Notes: generated from the sequence alone by a model not told the origin. Counted from the whole stretch's first letter, positions 22,884-34,531 are shown. The stretch: 62,918 nt of DNA, filler included, from Octopus bimaculoides (GCF_001194135.2; 6 parts of 5 records of this genome joined end to end with filler, not necessarily neighbours in it), one strand, 5' to 3'. Numbers and translations: made by a program.

Positions 22884-24954
22884 GATTACAGAAATGTATA
22901 CAAATCAGCAGCAGTCGTTTTAAGTAGTGGGCGGGGACAAGCACACACACACAATATAAATATAAATATATGTACATATATATGTTTTTTTTTTTCAGTA
23001 TCTGTCTAACATTTTCATTCACAAGGCATTGGTCTACCAGGGATTAGAGAAACTGAATCGGAAAGCACATGGTTGCAAAACTAGTTCCATAATAGCAGAT
23101 CCCCGCCTGTATTTAAGTACTTATATTTCATTTCATTCATAGGCCTTGTTTAGGCCTATGTGCACTCAGAAATTTGACACGCTTTGCTAGGGTGCAGTGA
23201 CACACTTTTTTTTAAACTACCGGCTGAATGCTTATTATGGGATGGATTAAATATGAATATATAAGCTTCTAAGAATCGGTGGACGTTTGCCAGTGTAGGA
23301 AATCATTATTGTACTTTGGAAGTCATTTTTACCAACGCAGACACTGATTGTGATCGTTATTAGCTTAATTACCTGGCTATTAATAACAAAACAATTCGTC
23401 ACACACCTGTGATTGTTTACAGATCCCTTGATCAGATTTTAAAAAAGAAAATAAAAAAAACATATTTGCAAAACAGGATTACTCTTCAAAAATACAACAC
23501 AGTATCTGTTTCAAATCAAGAAAAAACAAAAAACAAAAAAAAAAAAANNNNNNNNNNAAAAAAAAAAAAAAAAAAACGATAAAACAATAAAACAAAAAAA
23601 AAACATTCCATACAAAATAACATCTTTGACAGGATTACAATTTGTGAGTAAGATCTAGTTTTATTTATGCTATTTTGTGATTTCATTGATTTCAAATTTT
23701 TTCCTATTTTGATTTCATGTCGTGTATAAAAATGTTATCATCCTTTTTATCTTTTATATGTTTTATTCATTGGATTGAGACCATGCTGCTGGGACACCAC
23801 CTTCGGTCGAAAATAATCGGACCCAGTATTAGTTTTTTTAAAAATTTTCCCAACTGCTAAGTTAGGAGGACGTTAACATACCAACACCGGCTGACAGGTA
23901 GTGGGGAAGGGCACAAAAACATATAAATATATATGTATACACGCACATGTAAATATAATGGGGGCTGGCCAAATTTAGTAACCGCTGTAAAATGAGTAAT
24001 TTCTGATTTCTCCTAATTTTCTCCCTACCAGTTCGAAATCTTTACATTGCAACTATTGCATCACCCTCAGTAGAAAAGTTTAGTCAGCGTAATTGTTATT
24101 CAAGTTGAGAGAGTTCGAAACATAGTCAGGTGGTAGGTACTTTTTTCTTTAAGAAATTTTTCCTCAACTTTGATCCACTTTATCTGGATAGTTTTTGGTG
24201 TTTAACAATCAATATTCTTTTCTCTGTTGGATTCCAAGTCATTTTTTTCACACACTAATTTCTTCTCACTATATATTGCACAAATGTAATTCTTTTCTTC
24301 CCAGATAAATTGCACTTCATATTCGAAGCTCCGATGAAGATATAAGATGCTATTCAGATACTCAGCTATGATATCACTGCATCTTATTGCAGAAACAGCT
24401 GTAAGCCAATGAAGTTCATAACATAACCATTGTTTTTATAGTGTCATGCCTTTTGCTTATTAATTTCTTTTCTTTAACTGCATGGTGTGTAAATATATAT
24501 GGAAGAGAGCCACTCCAAAAGATCGCGAAGAAACTATAGAGAATATCATTAAAAAAAAAATTTAGTCGAGTTTCGTAAATTTCATATCATGTGCCATTAT
24601 TTCATGATCCTCTTTCATTTGATCAAGATATTTTGAATATTTTTTTTTTTTTTTGCATTTCGGATCTTTTTATGTATAGGGATGGATATTAATGTGTGTG
24701 AATCTATTTCCACATGTGATTCTGGAGAATTTGAAGCGGCAAATTTACCTAGTTTCGGGTTGCTCATTTTGTCCCAGCTAAATTTGTCTTTATACGCTGA
24801 AATAGTGACCAGATAATATTATCATGTTTTTAATACATTTAGAGAAGGTAATTTGTTTTTGCAAAGTAGTAAACATCTGTAAAAAATATATTTTGTCTCC
24901 AATGTGCCCCCACCCATATATATAGGAATGCCGTATATGTATGTATGCGCGCGC

Positions 24955-24990
<36 letters not shown>

Positions 24991-25039
24991 AAAAAAAGTC
25001 AAGGTAGAAAATGCTAAAATAATTTTATAAAAAACATTT

Positions 25040-25075
25040 CAGTACCGGTTTCAGTTATTGAGACTTTTTCAACTG
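25040..25075 (-). ncRNA. Degenerate minimal type I hammerhead ribozyme in a PLE 3' end
   Basis: Minus strand reads CAG-TTGAAAA-AGT(ctcaata)ACT-GAAA-CCGG-TA-CTG. Stems I and II pair and stem III is palindromic (ACCGGT). The core CUGAnGA has decayed to UUGAAAA. Confidence 0.5.
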
Positions 25076-25149
25076 TAAGTATAGGAAACAATTAAATTTT
25101 GGAAAAATTAAAAGAAAAGTTTTTTAAAAGAATATTTGCATAGTGTTCA

Positions 25150-25264
25150 AATACAAGTGGCATTTTCCTTGTTACTGCTTGTTTAGCTAAATGTTACTTA
25201 AGTGTCCCAGGAATCAATGCGTGGGATTTAGTATCACTTGTGTGGGATTTAATACCGCAGAGAA
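25150..25264 (-). mobile_element. PLE extreme C-terminus (degraded)
   Basis: ILNPTH*FLGHLSNI*LN resembles the PLE terminal LN.RSE.L..C.H.N..LL motif. It lies just 5' of the HHR motif on the same strand. Confidence 0.35.
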
Positions 25265-25789
25265 NNNNNNNNNNNNNNNNNNNNNNNNNNNNNNNNNNNN
25301 NNNNNNNNNNNNNNNNNNNNNNNNNNNNNNNNNNNNNNNNNNNNNNNNNNNNNNNNNNNNNNNNNNNNNNNNNNNNNNNNNNNNNNNNNNNNNNNNNNNN
25401 NNNNNNNNNNNNNNNNNNNNNNNNNNNNNNNNNNNNNNNNNNNNNNNNNNNNNNNNNNNNNNNNNNNNNNNNNNNNNNNNNNNNNNNNNNNNNNNNNNNN
25501 NNNNNNNNNNNNNNNNNNNNNNNNNNNNNNNNNNNNNNNNNNNNNNNNNNNNNNNNNNNNNNNNNNNNNNNNNNNNNNNNNNNNNNNNNNNNNNNNNNNN
25601 NNNNNNNNNNNNNNNNNNNNNNNNNNNNNNNNNNNNNNNNNNNNNNNNNNNNNNNNNNNNNNNNNNNNNNNNNNNNNNNNNNNNNNNNNNNNNNNNNNNN
25701 NNNNNNNNNNNNNNNNNNNNNNNNNNNNNNNNNNNNNNNNNNNNNNNNNNNNNNNNNNNNNNNNNNNNNNNNNNNNNNNNNNNNNNNNN

Positions 25790-25829
<40 letters not shown>

Positions 25830-25832
<3 letters not shown>

Positions 25833-26630
25833 AGCACCACCATGGTCTTTCTGACTTCCTCAGTCTGGGTGTTTCACATCACCACTCCAGTATGTGCCTT
25901 TTCCCCCGCTGTTGGTACATTTGATGTATAATTGAGTTTGACTCCGCAACCCCCGTCTGCACCTCAATCGGGCTGTTGGTTCATCCGGCATTGTGGAGAG
26001 GAGGATGTCTCATTCCTTTTTGAAGACATCTACTTCCACCTTATGCAAATTTCTTAATTTTTGTGGCAGGGCATTGAAAAGCTGTGGGCCTTTGAACCCT
26101 AGACTATTGCAATACTTAGTCCTGAATTTAGATGGAGTAGTGGACAGTACCTTTGGTACAATGCAATGGCGGTCAGTTCTGGCACTTGTATAACACTCAA
26201 TGCCAAAGTTAGGTATTAACCCTTCTAGGATTTTCCTAAATGTATATTGTTGTGTGTCTGTCACGCCTTCACTCCATGGAGTAAAGCTGTAGTTTTCTCA
26301 GCCTATCCCTATAGCTCATCCACTACACTGTTTGAATCTTTTTAGTGTAGTGGCGTTGGACTGCTTCAAGCTCCGCTGTTAGTTTGGCACTATGTGGTGA
26401 CCATAACTGGGAACAGTAGTCCAGGCGGCCGAGAAGAAAGGTTCTCCACAGGGTCAACATACTTTCTTGGTCTCTTGTCTTGAAGGATCTCAGTATCCAT
26501 CCTGCCAGTTGTCTGCATTTTGCTGCCATCTTGCTTATGTGCATATGATATGCTGCGTCATTGCACATGCTGATCCCCAAGTCTTTCACTGCCTGTGACT
26601 CTGGGATTATAGTGCCTTCGGGTTAGTAAG
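25830..26630 (-). mobile_element. CR1-group LINE 3' fragment
   Basis: ORFs give MKDLGISMCNDAAY..WILRSFKTRDQESMLTLWRTFLLGRLDYCSQLWSP..LEAVQRHYTKKI and KILEGLIPNFGIECY..LGFKGPQLFNALP, then LSTMPDEPT. Confidence 0.9.
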
Positions 26631-27210
26631 TACATGTGGATTGTTGGCGATTTTTTTTCTCCGTCTTCCTTTTCTCTTGGACTTTCCTCTGTCTCCTATT
26701 TCTGACTAACTTTCTTTCCTACCCTGAGCATCTGTTAATACTTTGCATGTACCACGTCCTCGCATTGTTGTTTTTTTTCTTTTTGTGTGTTTTTTCTTCG
26801 TTTTATTTTTTGGGATTAATTATATATATACATACATATATATATATATATGNNNNNNNNNNNNNNNNNNNNNNNNNNNNNNNNNNNNNNNNNNNNNNNN
26901 NNNNNNNNNNNNNNNNNNNNNNNNNNNNNNNNNNNNNNNNNNNNNNNNNNNNNNNNNNNNNNNNNNNNNNNNNNNNNNNNNNNNNNNNNNNNNNNNNNNN
27001 NNNNNNNNNNNNNNNNNNNNNNNNNNNNNNNNNNNNNNNNNNNNNNNNNNNNNNNNNNNNNNNNNNNNNNNNNNNNNNNNNNNNNNNNNNNNNNNNNNNN
27101 NNNNNNNNNNNNNNNNNNTCTTCGTTTTATTTTTTGGGATTAATTATATATATACATACATATATATATATATATGAGATGGAGGTGGAAATAGCACAAA
27201 AGTAAGTGTG

Positions 27211-27520
27211 AGACATTTCAATTTTAGAGGGAATTTAATAAAAATGATTTTAGAAATTACATAAATAAAATATTACCGGTTTCACTGAATCTCATCTTAT
27301 CAAATATCAGCAAAAATTTATAAAAATTTGAAGTAAAAACAGTTTATCTTCTGTCATTGGGGTTAAGAACATGTCTTCAGTCAGAAGATAAACTGTTTTT
27401 ACTTTAAATTTTTTATAAATTTTTACTGATATTTGATGAGATTCATCGAAACTGGTAATATTTTCTTTATATAATTTTTAAAATCATTTTTATTAAATTC
27501 ACTCTTAAATTGAAATGTCT
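27211..27520. repeat. Foldback element, ~143-bp arms and 28-nt loop; each arm carries an outward-facing HHR motif
   Basis: Arm 27211-27353 is the reverse complement of 27382-27520 with scattered mismatches. The plus strand at 27428-27462 reads gatat-TTGATGA-GATtcATC-GAAA-CTGG-TA-atatt. Confidence 0.85.
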
Positions 27521-27843
27521 TAGATTTATTTCTGCGTTATTTGCATCTCCAGCTTTTATATATAAAAATTTGATTTGTATATAATAATAATAATAATAAT
27601 AATACAAATGACATATGAGCATATGCATGTATACATACATATATGTACATACCTACATCTACATGTATATATAGATGCATATCCGGGTACAGCACGTCAA
27701 AAAAGAAACGGGAACATAAACAAAGCACAAAAAACGGACTTATTTTTACGGACAACAGAATGAACACATAGGAAAACAGACGAACCACTTATGGAACTTT
27801 TCCTTCATCAGCTGCCTCTATTCTAAACTAGGCGTTTCGAAGA

Positions 27844-27879
<36 letters not shown>

Positions 27880-28236
27880 CAGATGATACTTTCCCAAGGT
27901 ATCGTGCAGTGGGGCTGCACTCGAAACCACGAAGTTGCAATGCGAGTTTCTTATCCACAAGGGCCATACCTGCGCCCATACGTAAGTCTATTCTCAGTTT
28001 TGTTACAGAATATTGTCATCTGTGTTGTTTAGATGCGGCTTAACTGATTTTATGATAAATACCAACTGTATGACAGTGAAACGTCTCTGTGATTAAACCA
28101 AAGTAATCTAGATATGTGTGCATGTGTATGTGAATAGGCTTATCGGTTCAAGTATGCCGGTGACTTAGTTTCGTCTTGATTTACAATTCATATATTCGAA
28201 GCACACTCTAAAACATTAAAGCAGTAATATATTTAG

Positions 28237-28416
28237 AAAGTTGATTGTTACGGCCAGTCAGAAAGTGACCATTGGTTTCCGCTATAAAGCGCTTAACTGT
28301 ATAGGCGACTCGTCAGAGTCAGGACCATTTGAGTCTGACCAGTGGCCTATACAGCTATATGCTTTATAAGTGTGAAACTAATGGTCACTCTCTGACCGGC
28401 TATAATAAACAACTTT
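28237..28416. repeat. Foldback element, ~85-bp arms; each arm is a type I hammerhead
   Basis: Arms 28237-28321 and 28330-28416 are reverse-complementary around the loop ggaccatt. Confidence 0.9.
28331..28390 (+). ncRNA. Type I hammerhead ribozyme motif (one core substitution); mirror copy on the minus strand at ~28263-28320
   Basis: Plus: gagt-CTGACCA-gtggcctata..tataagtgt-GAAA-CTAATGG-TC-actc. Minus: gact-CTGACGA-gtcgcctata..tatagcg-GAAA-CCAATGG-TC-actt. Confidence 0.7.
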
Positions 28417-28451
28417 ATATATATATATATATATATTTGTAGCACGCGCGT

Positions 28452-28491
<40 letters not shown>

Positions 28492-28699
28492 CATTCATAT
28501 CGAACTGTATCATAAATAATCTAGCGCGCAAAAATCCTAATTTCTTCAGTTTTGTAGGTTTTANNNNNNNNNNNNNNNNNNNNNNNNNNNNNNNNNNNNN
28601 NNNNNNNTTAATTAATTAANNNNNNNNNNNNNNNNNNNNNNNNNNNNNNNNNNNNNNNNNNNNAAACACAGACACGCAAACACATATACACATACATAT

Positions 28700-28867
28700 A
28701 TACGACGGGCTTCTTTCAGTTTCCGTCTACCAAATCCACTCACAAGGCTTTGGTCGGCCCGAGGCTATAGTAGAAGACACATGCCCAAGGTGCCACGCAG
28801 TGGGACTGAACCCAGAACCATGTGGTTGGTAAGCAAGCTACTTACCACACAGCCACTCCTGCGCCTA
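28700..28867 (-). mobile_element. SINE family A head (well preserved)
   Basis: Reverse complement AGGCGCAGGAGTGGCTGTGTGGTAAGTAGCTTGCTTACCAACCACATGGTTCTGGGTTCAGTCCCACTGCGTGGCACCTTGGGCATGTGTCTTCTACTATAGCC. Confidence 0.9.
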
Positions 28868-30261
28868 TCAATGATAACTGTTTCTGATGATAATAGTAAA
28901 TGCCGCTGTTGTTGTTGTTATTGTTATTATTTAGCAACACCCCCCACCCCAAGTGGGTCCTACTGGGTAGATTTATGATCAAATATAATCCATCCGTGAC
29001 CATCTCGTTTTTGGTTCGAACATTGTATAACTCCAAACTACTTCAGTCAAAGTTCCCTTATATTTTTATTTTATTATATATTCACATTAATATCATTTGG
29101 ACGAGATTTAGCTGCTATTTCTCCGAGCTCGAGCTAGTACGTAGAACCCCCCCCACTTCTTCTACCCCCGTCGCCGGCACCACGATGCCATACAATCACT
29201 CGGCCGATCAATGCCTTCTGAGTGAATTTGGTAATTTGATAGACGGAAACTATGAGGAAGCCCATCGTATATGTGTGTGTGTGTGTGTGTGTGTAANNNN
29301 NNNNNNNNNNNNNNNNNNNNNNNNNNNNNNNNNNNNNNNNNNNNNNNNNNNNNNNNNNNNNNNNNNNNNNNNNNNNNNNNNNNNNNNNNNNNNNNNNNNN
29401 NNNNNNNNNNNNNNNNNNNNNNNNNNNNNNNNNNNNNNNNNNNNNNNNNNNNNNNNNNNNNNNNNNNNNNNNNNNNNNNNNNNNNNNNNNNNNNNNNNNN
29501 NNNNNNNNNNNNNNNNNNNNNNNNNNNNNNNNNNNNNNNNNNNNNNNNNNNNNNNNNNNNNNNNNNNNNNNNNNNNNNNNNNNNNNNNNNNNNNNNNNNN
29601 NNNNNNNNNNNNNNNNNNNNNNNNNNNNNNNNNNNNNNNNNNNNNNNNNNNNNNNNNNNNNNNNNNNNNNNNNNNNNNNNNNNNNNNNNNNNNNNNNNNN
29701 NNNNNNNNNNNNNNNNNNNNNNNNNNNNNNNNNNNNNNNNNNNNNNNNNNNNNNNNNNNNNNNNNNNNNNNNNNNNNNNNNNNNNNNNNNNNNNNNNNNN
29801 NNNNNNNNNNNNNNNNNNNNNNNNNNNNNNNNNNNNNNNNNNNNNNNNNNNNNNNNNNNNNNNNNNNNNNNNNNNNNNNNNNNNNNNNNNNNNNNNNNNN
29901 NNNNNNNNNNNNNNNNNNNNNNNNNNNNNNNNNNNNNNNNNNNNNNNNNNNNNNNNNNNNNNNNNNNNNNNNNNNNNNNNNNNNNNNNNNNNNNNNNNNN
30001 NNNNNNNNNNNNNNNNNNNNNNNNNNNNNNNNNNNNNNNNNNACAAGAATACCTCCTTGTGTTATATTTCTTGGTATTACATACATTAATCTTCTCTCTT
30101 ATAATCTACCTCTCTCTTAGATTTTCTCATAAATGTTCTCTGGTCGTCACCCTACCACTCTCTCCACCAGCCACTCTCTCCCTCCCCTACTTTGCTAACC
30201 CCAGTCCTTTCACCTTACTTCTCTCACTCCACCTATCTCTATACTTCTCACCTCTTTCCTT

Positions 30262-30300
<39 letters not shown>

Positions 30301-30644
30301 GCTATCTATCTATTTACTTATCTCTCTCTCCCTCTTTCAACACAATCTTTTCACTGTAAAATCCTATTTCAAACTTCTCTTTCACTTTCTAACTCGCATT
30401 CATTCACCTCCATTCTCCTAAACCACTCTTGTATGACACGTGACTGTGCGACCTGTTTCGTATACCTATCTGCATGCACATATTCACACACATATACATA
30501 TACATCGACACATATACATACACAATAAACATACACACACGCACACACACACATTTTAATATGTCTATGTGCGAGGTCACCGAATGTGTGACGAAAGAAC
30601 TTTAACAAAGAAACTAAAGTAATACTGATAATAATAATCTTTTC

Positions 30645-30820
30645 CATTATGGGCACAAGGCCTGAAATTTTGGAGAAGGGGCCTAGTCGATTATATCGCC
30701 TGCACTGGTACTTAATTTATCGACCCCAAAAAGACGAATGGCAAAGTCAACCTGTACGGAATTTGAACCCAGAACATGAAGACGGACGAAAAACCGCTTA
30801 GCGTCTCGCTCAGCGTGAAA
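30645..30820 (-). mobile_element. SINE family B
   Basis: gggcacaaggcctgaaatttt..ctggtacttaatttatcgacccc..ggcaaagtcaacc..gaatttgaacccagaac is the reverse complement of the family B body. Confidence 0.8.
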
Positions 30821-30899
30821 GCTAAAATGAATATCAAATGTATAGGGCGTGTGTTTAATTGGCAAAATATGACCGTCCCAAAGTATGACAATATCTGTT

Positions 30900-31730
30900 T
30901 TCACTCAGGGTTTCATATCCAGAATCTTGCAAAACATTTTACATTTTTAATTTGACGTATTGGTTATTTTCGATTTTGTCGACTACACTGCATCGGAGGG
31001 TCAGTTGGGCACTGTCTGTGAGAAAACCAGAACCACGACGCAATTCACTCTGGCAGAAATTTGGAAACGACATGCTGTACTGCTTGGTATTCGCGCTGGA
31101 AGCTCCAGTATGAACATTTCCATCAGAGTGTTTTGTTGTCAATCTGAGGGCATGTACCGAGAGTGACAAAAATCAAACATCCAGTCAGCATCAGGCTGTT
31201 TGGAGTGATCACTAGTGATGGCGACGTTATGCCTCCATTCATCTTCCCACACGGCCTCAGATTCAACAGTGCTTGGAGGAGGTAGCGCTGCCCTGGGTCA
31301 AGCGGGTGGCTACAACAGGACTCTGTACCATGTCACACAAGCAAGAGAACCCACTCATGGCTGTCAGACAATTTCTGCAACAATATCACCCCTAACGTCT
31401 GGCCACCTAACCACCCAGACTGCAACCCCTTGTATTATTATTATGTGTAGGGCGCAGTCGAGCGAGAGACCAACACCAAAGATGAACTGAAGGCAAACAT
31501 TATGGGACCATTCACCAGCTTAAACAAAGCAACCGCCTAGAAGAGTTGCGAGAAATTCTGAAGTCGTTTGGAGGCCGTTGTTGAAGCCCACGGGGATTTT
31601 ATTGAATAAATTTACTCTCTAGTATTTGAAGATATTTTATATAATTTTGGTAAATATATTTGTTAAAATGAGATGTCAGTGTTATTTTCATTTTTGCGTA
31701 AAATAGACAACAGTTTATTGACGTAGTATT
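30900..31730 (+). mobile_element. Internally deleted Tc1/mariner transposon, maT (DD37D)-like
   Basis: KIKHPVSIRLFGVITSDGDVMPPFIFPHGLRFN; QQDSVPCHTSKRTHSWLSDNF; VWPPNHPDCNPLYY; SRLEAVVEAHGDFIE*. Confidence 0.8.
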
Positions 31731-32477
31731 GCGAAGTTTTAGTTACTAGGAGACACTCACCTGAGGTGTCTGCACACTGGAACTGAAAATCGAAACCGCG
31801 TGGTTGCAAAGCAAACTGTTTAATGAACTAGGTGTGTGTATATATATATATATATATATATNNNNNNNNNNNNNNNNNNNNNNNNNNNNNNNNNNNNNNN
31901 NNNNNNNNNNNNNNNNNNNNNNNNNNNNNNNNNNNNNNNNNNNNNNNNNNNNNNNNNNNNNNNNNNNNNNNNNNNNNNNNNNNNNNNNNNNNNNNNNNNN
32001 NNNNNNNNNNNNNNNNNNNNNNNNNNNNNNNNNNNNNNNNNNNNNNNNNNNNNNNNNNNNNNNNNNNNNNNNNNNNNNNNNNNNNNNNNNNNNNNNNNNN
32101 NNNNNNNNNNNNNNNNNNNNNNNNNNNNNNNNNNNNNNNNNNNNNNNNNNNNNNNNNNNNNNNNNNNNNNNNNNNNNNNNNNNNNNNNNNNNNNNNNNNN
32201 NNNNNNNNNNNNNNNNNNNNNNNNNNNNNNNNNNNNNNNNNNNNNNNNNNNNNNNNNNNNNNNNNNNNNNNNNNNNNNNNNNNNNNNNNNNNNNNNNNNN
32301 NNNNNNNNNNNNNNNNNNNNNNNNNNNNNNNNNNNNNNNNNNNNNNNNNNNNNNNNNNNNNNNNNNNNNNNNNNNNNNNNNACACGAATCTTTAAAAAGA
32401 TAAGTACTGGTGTCAATTTGTTCTACTGAGCCCTTCAGCTCGGTGCCCCAGCATGGTCGTTGCCTAATGACTGAAAC

Positions 32478-32876
32478 GAGTGGCCGTGTGGTAAGTAGCA
32501 TGCTTACGAACCACATGGTTCCGGGTTCAGTCCCACTGCGTGGCACCTTGGACAAGTGTCTTCTACTATAGCCTCGGGCCAACCAAACCTTGTGAGTGGA
32601 TTTAGTAGACGGAAACTGAAAGAAGCCCGTCGTATATATATATGTATATGTATATATATGTGTGTGGCTGTTTGTGTGTTCGTGTTTTTCCTCCCCAACA
32701 TCGCTTGACAACCGATGCTGGTGTGTTTACGTCCACCTAATTTAGCGGTTCGGTAAGAAGAGACCGATAGAATAAGTACTAGGCTTGCAAAGAATGAGTC
32801 GATTTGCTCGACTAAAGGCGGTGCTCCACCATGGCCGCAGTCAAATGACTGAAACAATTAAAAGAGAGTAAAAGAG
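32478..32876 (+). mobile_element. SINE family A, full-length reference copy
   Basis: Order: tRNA-like head (TGGCCGTGTGG, GGTTCAGTCCC), body, internal (TA/TG)n, tail tgtttacgtcc..gaccgatagaataagtactaggc..ggcggtgctccaccatggccgcagtcaaatgactgaaac, then taaaagag repeats. Confidence 0.9.
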
Positions 32877-33099
32877 TATATATACATATGTGTGTGTGTT
32901 CGGTATATGTATGTATGTATATATGTATGTATGTATGTATAGGCATGTGTTTTATGAGACTAAATATTTCAGTAGATGTAGTTACGCGGAAAACCTAGAT
33001 TGTTCATTTCTCGCTAATTCCTACTTTCACTTTTGTGTTTCTTTTTGTGTCGTACAAGCAACCCATACTCCTCCACCACCATTTCTAGCTAACATGTCA

Positions 33100-33317
33100 C
33101 ATCTGTTACTACATCCGCCACCATCACCACTACCGCTACATATACATAGCATTTTCCTCATTGCAACCACTACCACTACCACCACCACAACCACCACTAC
33201 CACCACAACCGACACCCCGAAACCGCCGCACCCCGCCACCACCGCCGCCGCCGCCCTCACCGTATGCATAAAACCTTTCACTGAAGCCCCATTGTCGCCG
33301 TTACTATCTCTACCATC
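33100..33317. repeat. Compound (ACC/GCC)n trinucleotide field
   Basis: Directly visible. Confidence 0.85.
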
Positions 33318-33840
33318 NNNNNNNNNNNNNNNNNNNNNNNNNNNNNNNNNNNNNNNNNNNNNNNNNNNNNNNNNNNNNNNNNNNNNNNNNNNNNNNNNNN
33401 NNNNNNNNNNNNNNNNNNNNNNNNNNNNNNNNNNNNNNNNNNNNNNNNNNNNNNNNNNNNNNNNNNNNNNNNNNNNNNNNNNNNNNNNNNNNNNNNNNNN
33501 NNNNNNNNNNNNNNNNNNNNNNNNNNNNNNNNNNNNNNNNNNNNNNNNNNNNNNNNNNNNNNNNNNNNNNNNNNNNNNNNNNNNNNNNNNNNNNNNNNNN
33601 NNNNNNNNNNNNNNNNNNNNNNNNNNNNNNNNNNNNNNNNNNNNNNNNNNNNNNNNNNNNNNNNNNNNNNNNNNNNNNNNNNNNNNNNNNNNNNNNNNNN
33701 NNNNNNNNNNNNNNNNNNNNNNNNNNNNNNNNNNNNNNNNNNNNNNNNNNNNNNNNNNNNNNNNNNNNNNNNNNNNNNNNNNNNNNNNNNNNNNNNNNNN
33801 NNNNNNNNNNNNNNNNNNNNNNNNNNNNNNNNNNNNNNNN

Positions 33841-33890
<50 letters not shown>

Positions 33891-34185
33891 CCTCTATTAC
33901 CGTAGACACTACACCGAATCCTACCATGAATCCGACCATGGCCGTCACACCTAAGCGGGGCCAGACATTTAGTGTGAGAGAAATAACTGTTGATATGGTT
34001 CCTAGTGCTTCACTGTTATTTTTATTCTATCGACCCTGGAGGGGTGAAAGATAAAGTTGACCTCGGCAGGGTTCGAAATCAGAACGCACATCGCCGTAAC
34101 TATTCACGTTATTTATTCACACACACACACCCGACACACACACACACACATGCATATCTCATTGCTGTTGATATACAAACTGACG

Positions 34186-34395
34186 CGTGGCGGCAGAATC
34201 GTTAGTATGCCGGACAAAATGCTTAGCGGCGTTTAGTCCGTCTTTACGTTCTGAGTTCAAATTCCGTCGAAGTTGACTTTGCCTTTCATCCTTTCGGGGT
34301 CGATAAAATATATACCAGTAGAATACTGGGGTCAATGTAATCGACTTATCCTCTTCATATAAATTGCTGGCCTTGTGCCAAAATTTGAAACTAAT
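34186..34395 (+). mobile_element. SINE family B, full length
   Basis: tggcggcagaatcgttagtatgccggacaaaatgcttagcggc..gagttcaaattccg..gactttgcctttcatcctttcggggtcgataaa..ggccttgtgccaaaatttgaaac. Confidence 0.85.
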
Positions 34396-34531
34396 ATTCA
34401 CACACACACACATACACACACGCGATCACGTATATGCTCACACATGTACTCACGCGCACACTCACGTACTCACATACATACTCTCAGTCTGTCTCTCTAT
34501 CTGTCTGTTTGTTTCTGTCTGTCTGTTTGTT

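Noticed and set aside
23955-24480. 5' part of a Tc1/mariner-like element (minus strand MTWNPTEKRILIV)
   Set aside because: Only a short, heavily disrupted similarity and no matching TIR pair.
26795-27176. Direct repeat either side of the 26853-27118 gap
   Set aside because: The identical sequence abuts both gap edges, so it is a probable assembly overlap.
27795-27842. CTGATGA-AGGAA..TTCC and CGAAACGCC on the minus strand
   Set aside because: The boxes are in the wrong order for a single type I HHR and GAAA does not follow stem II. Possibly PLE debris, but unsupported.
28780-28867. tRNA genes (A/B boxes in many places)
   Set aside because: Every instance continues into a SINE body and none forms a convincing standalone cloverleaf.
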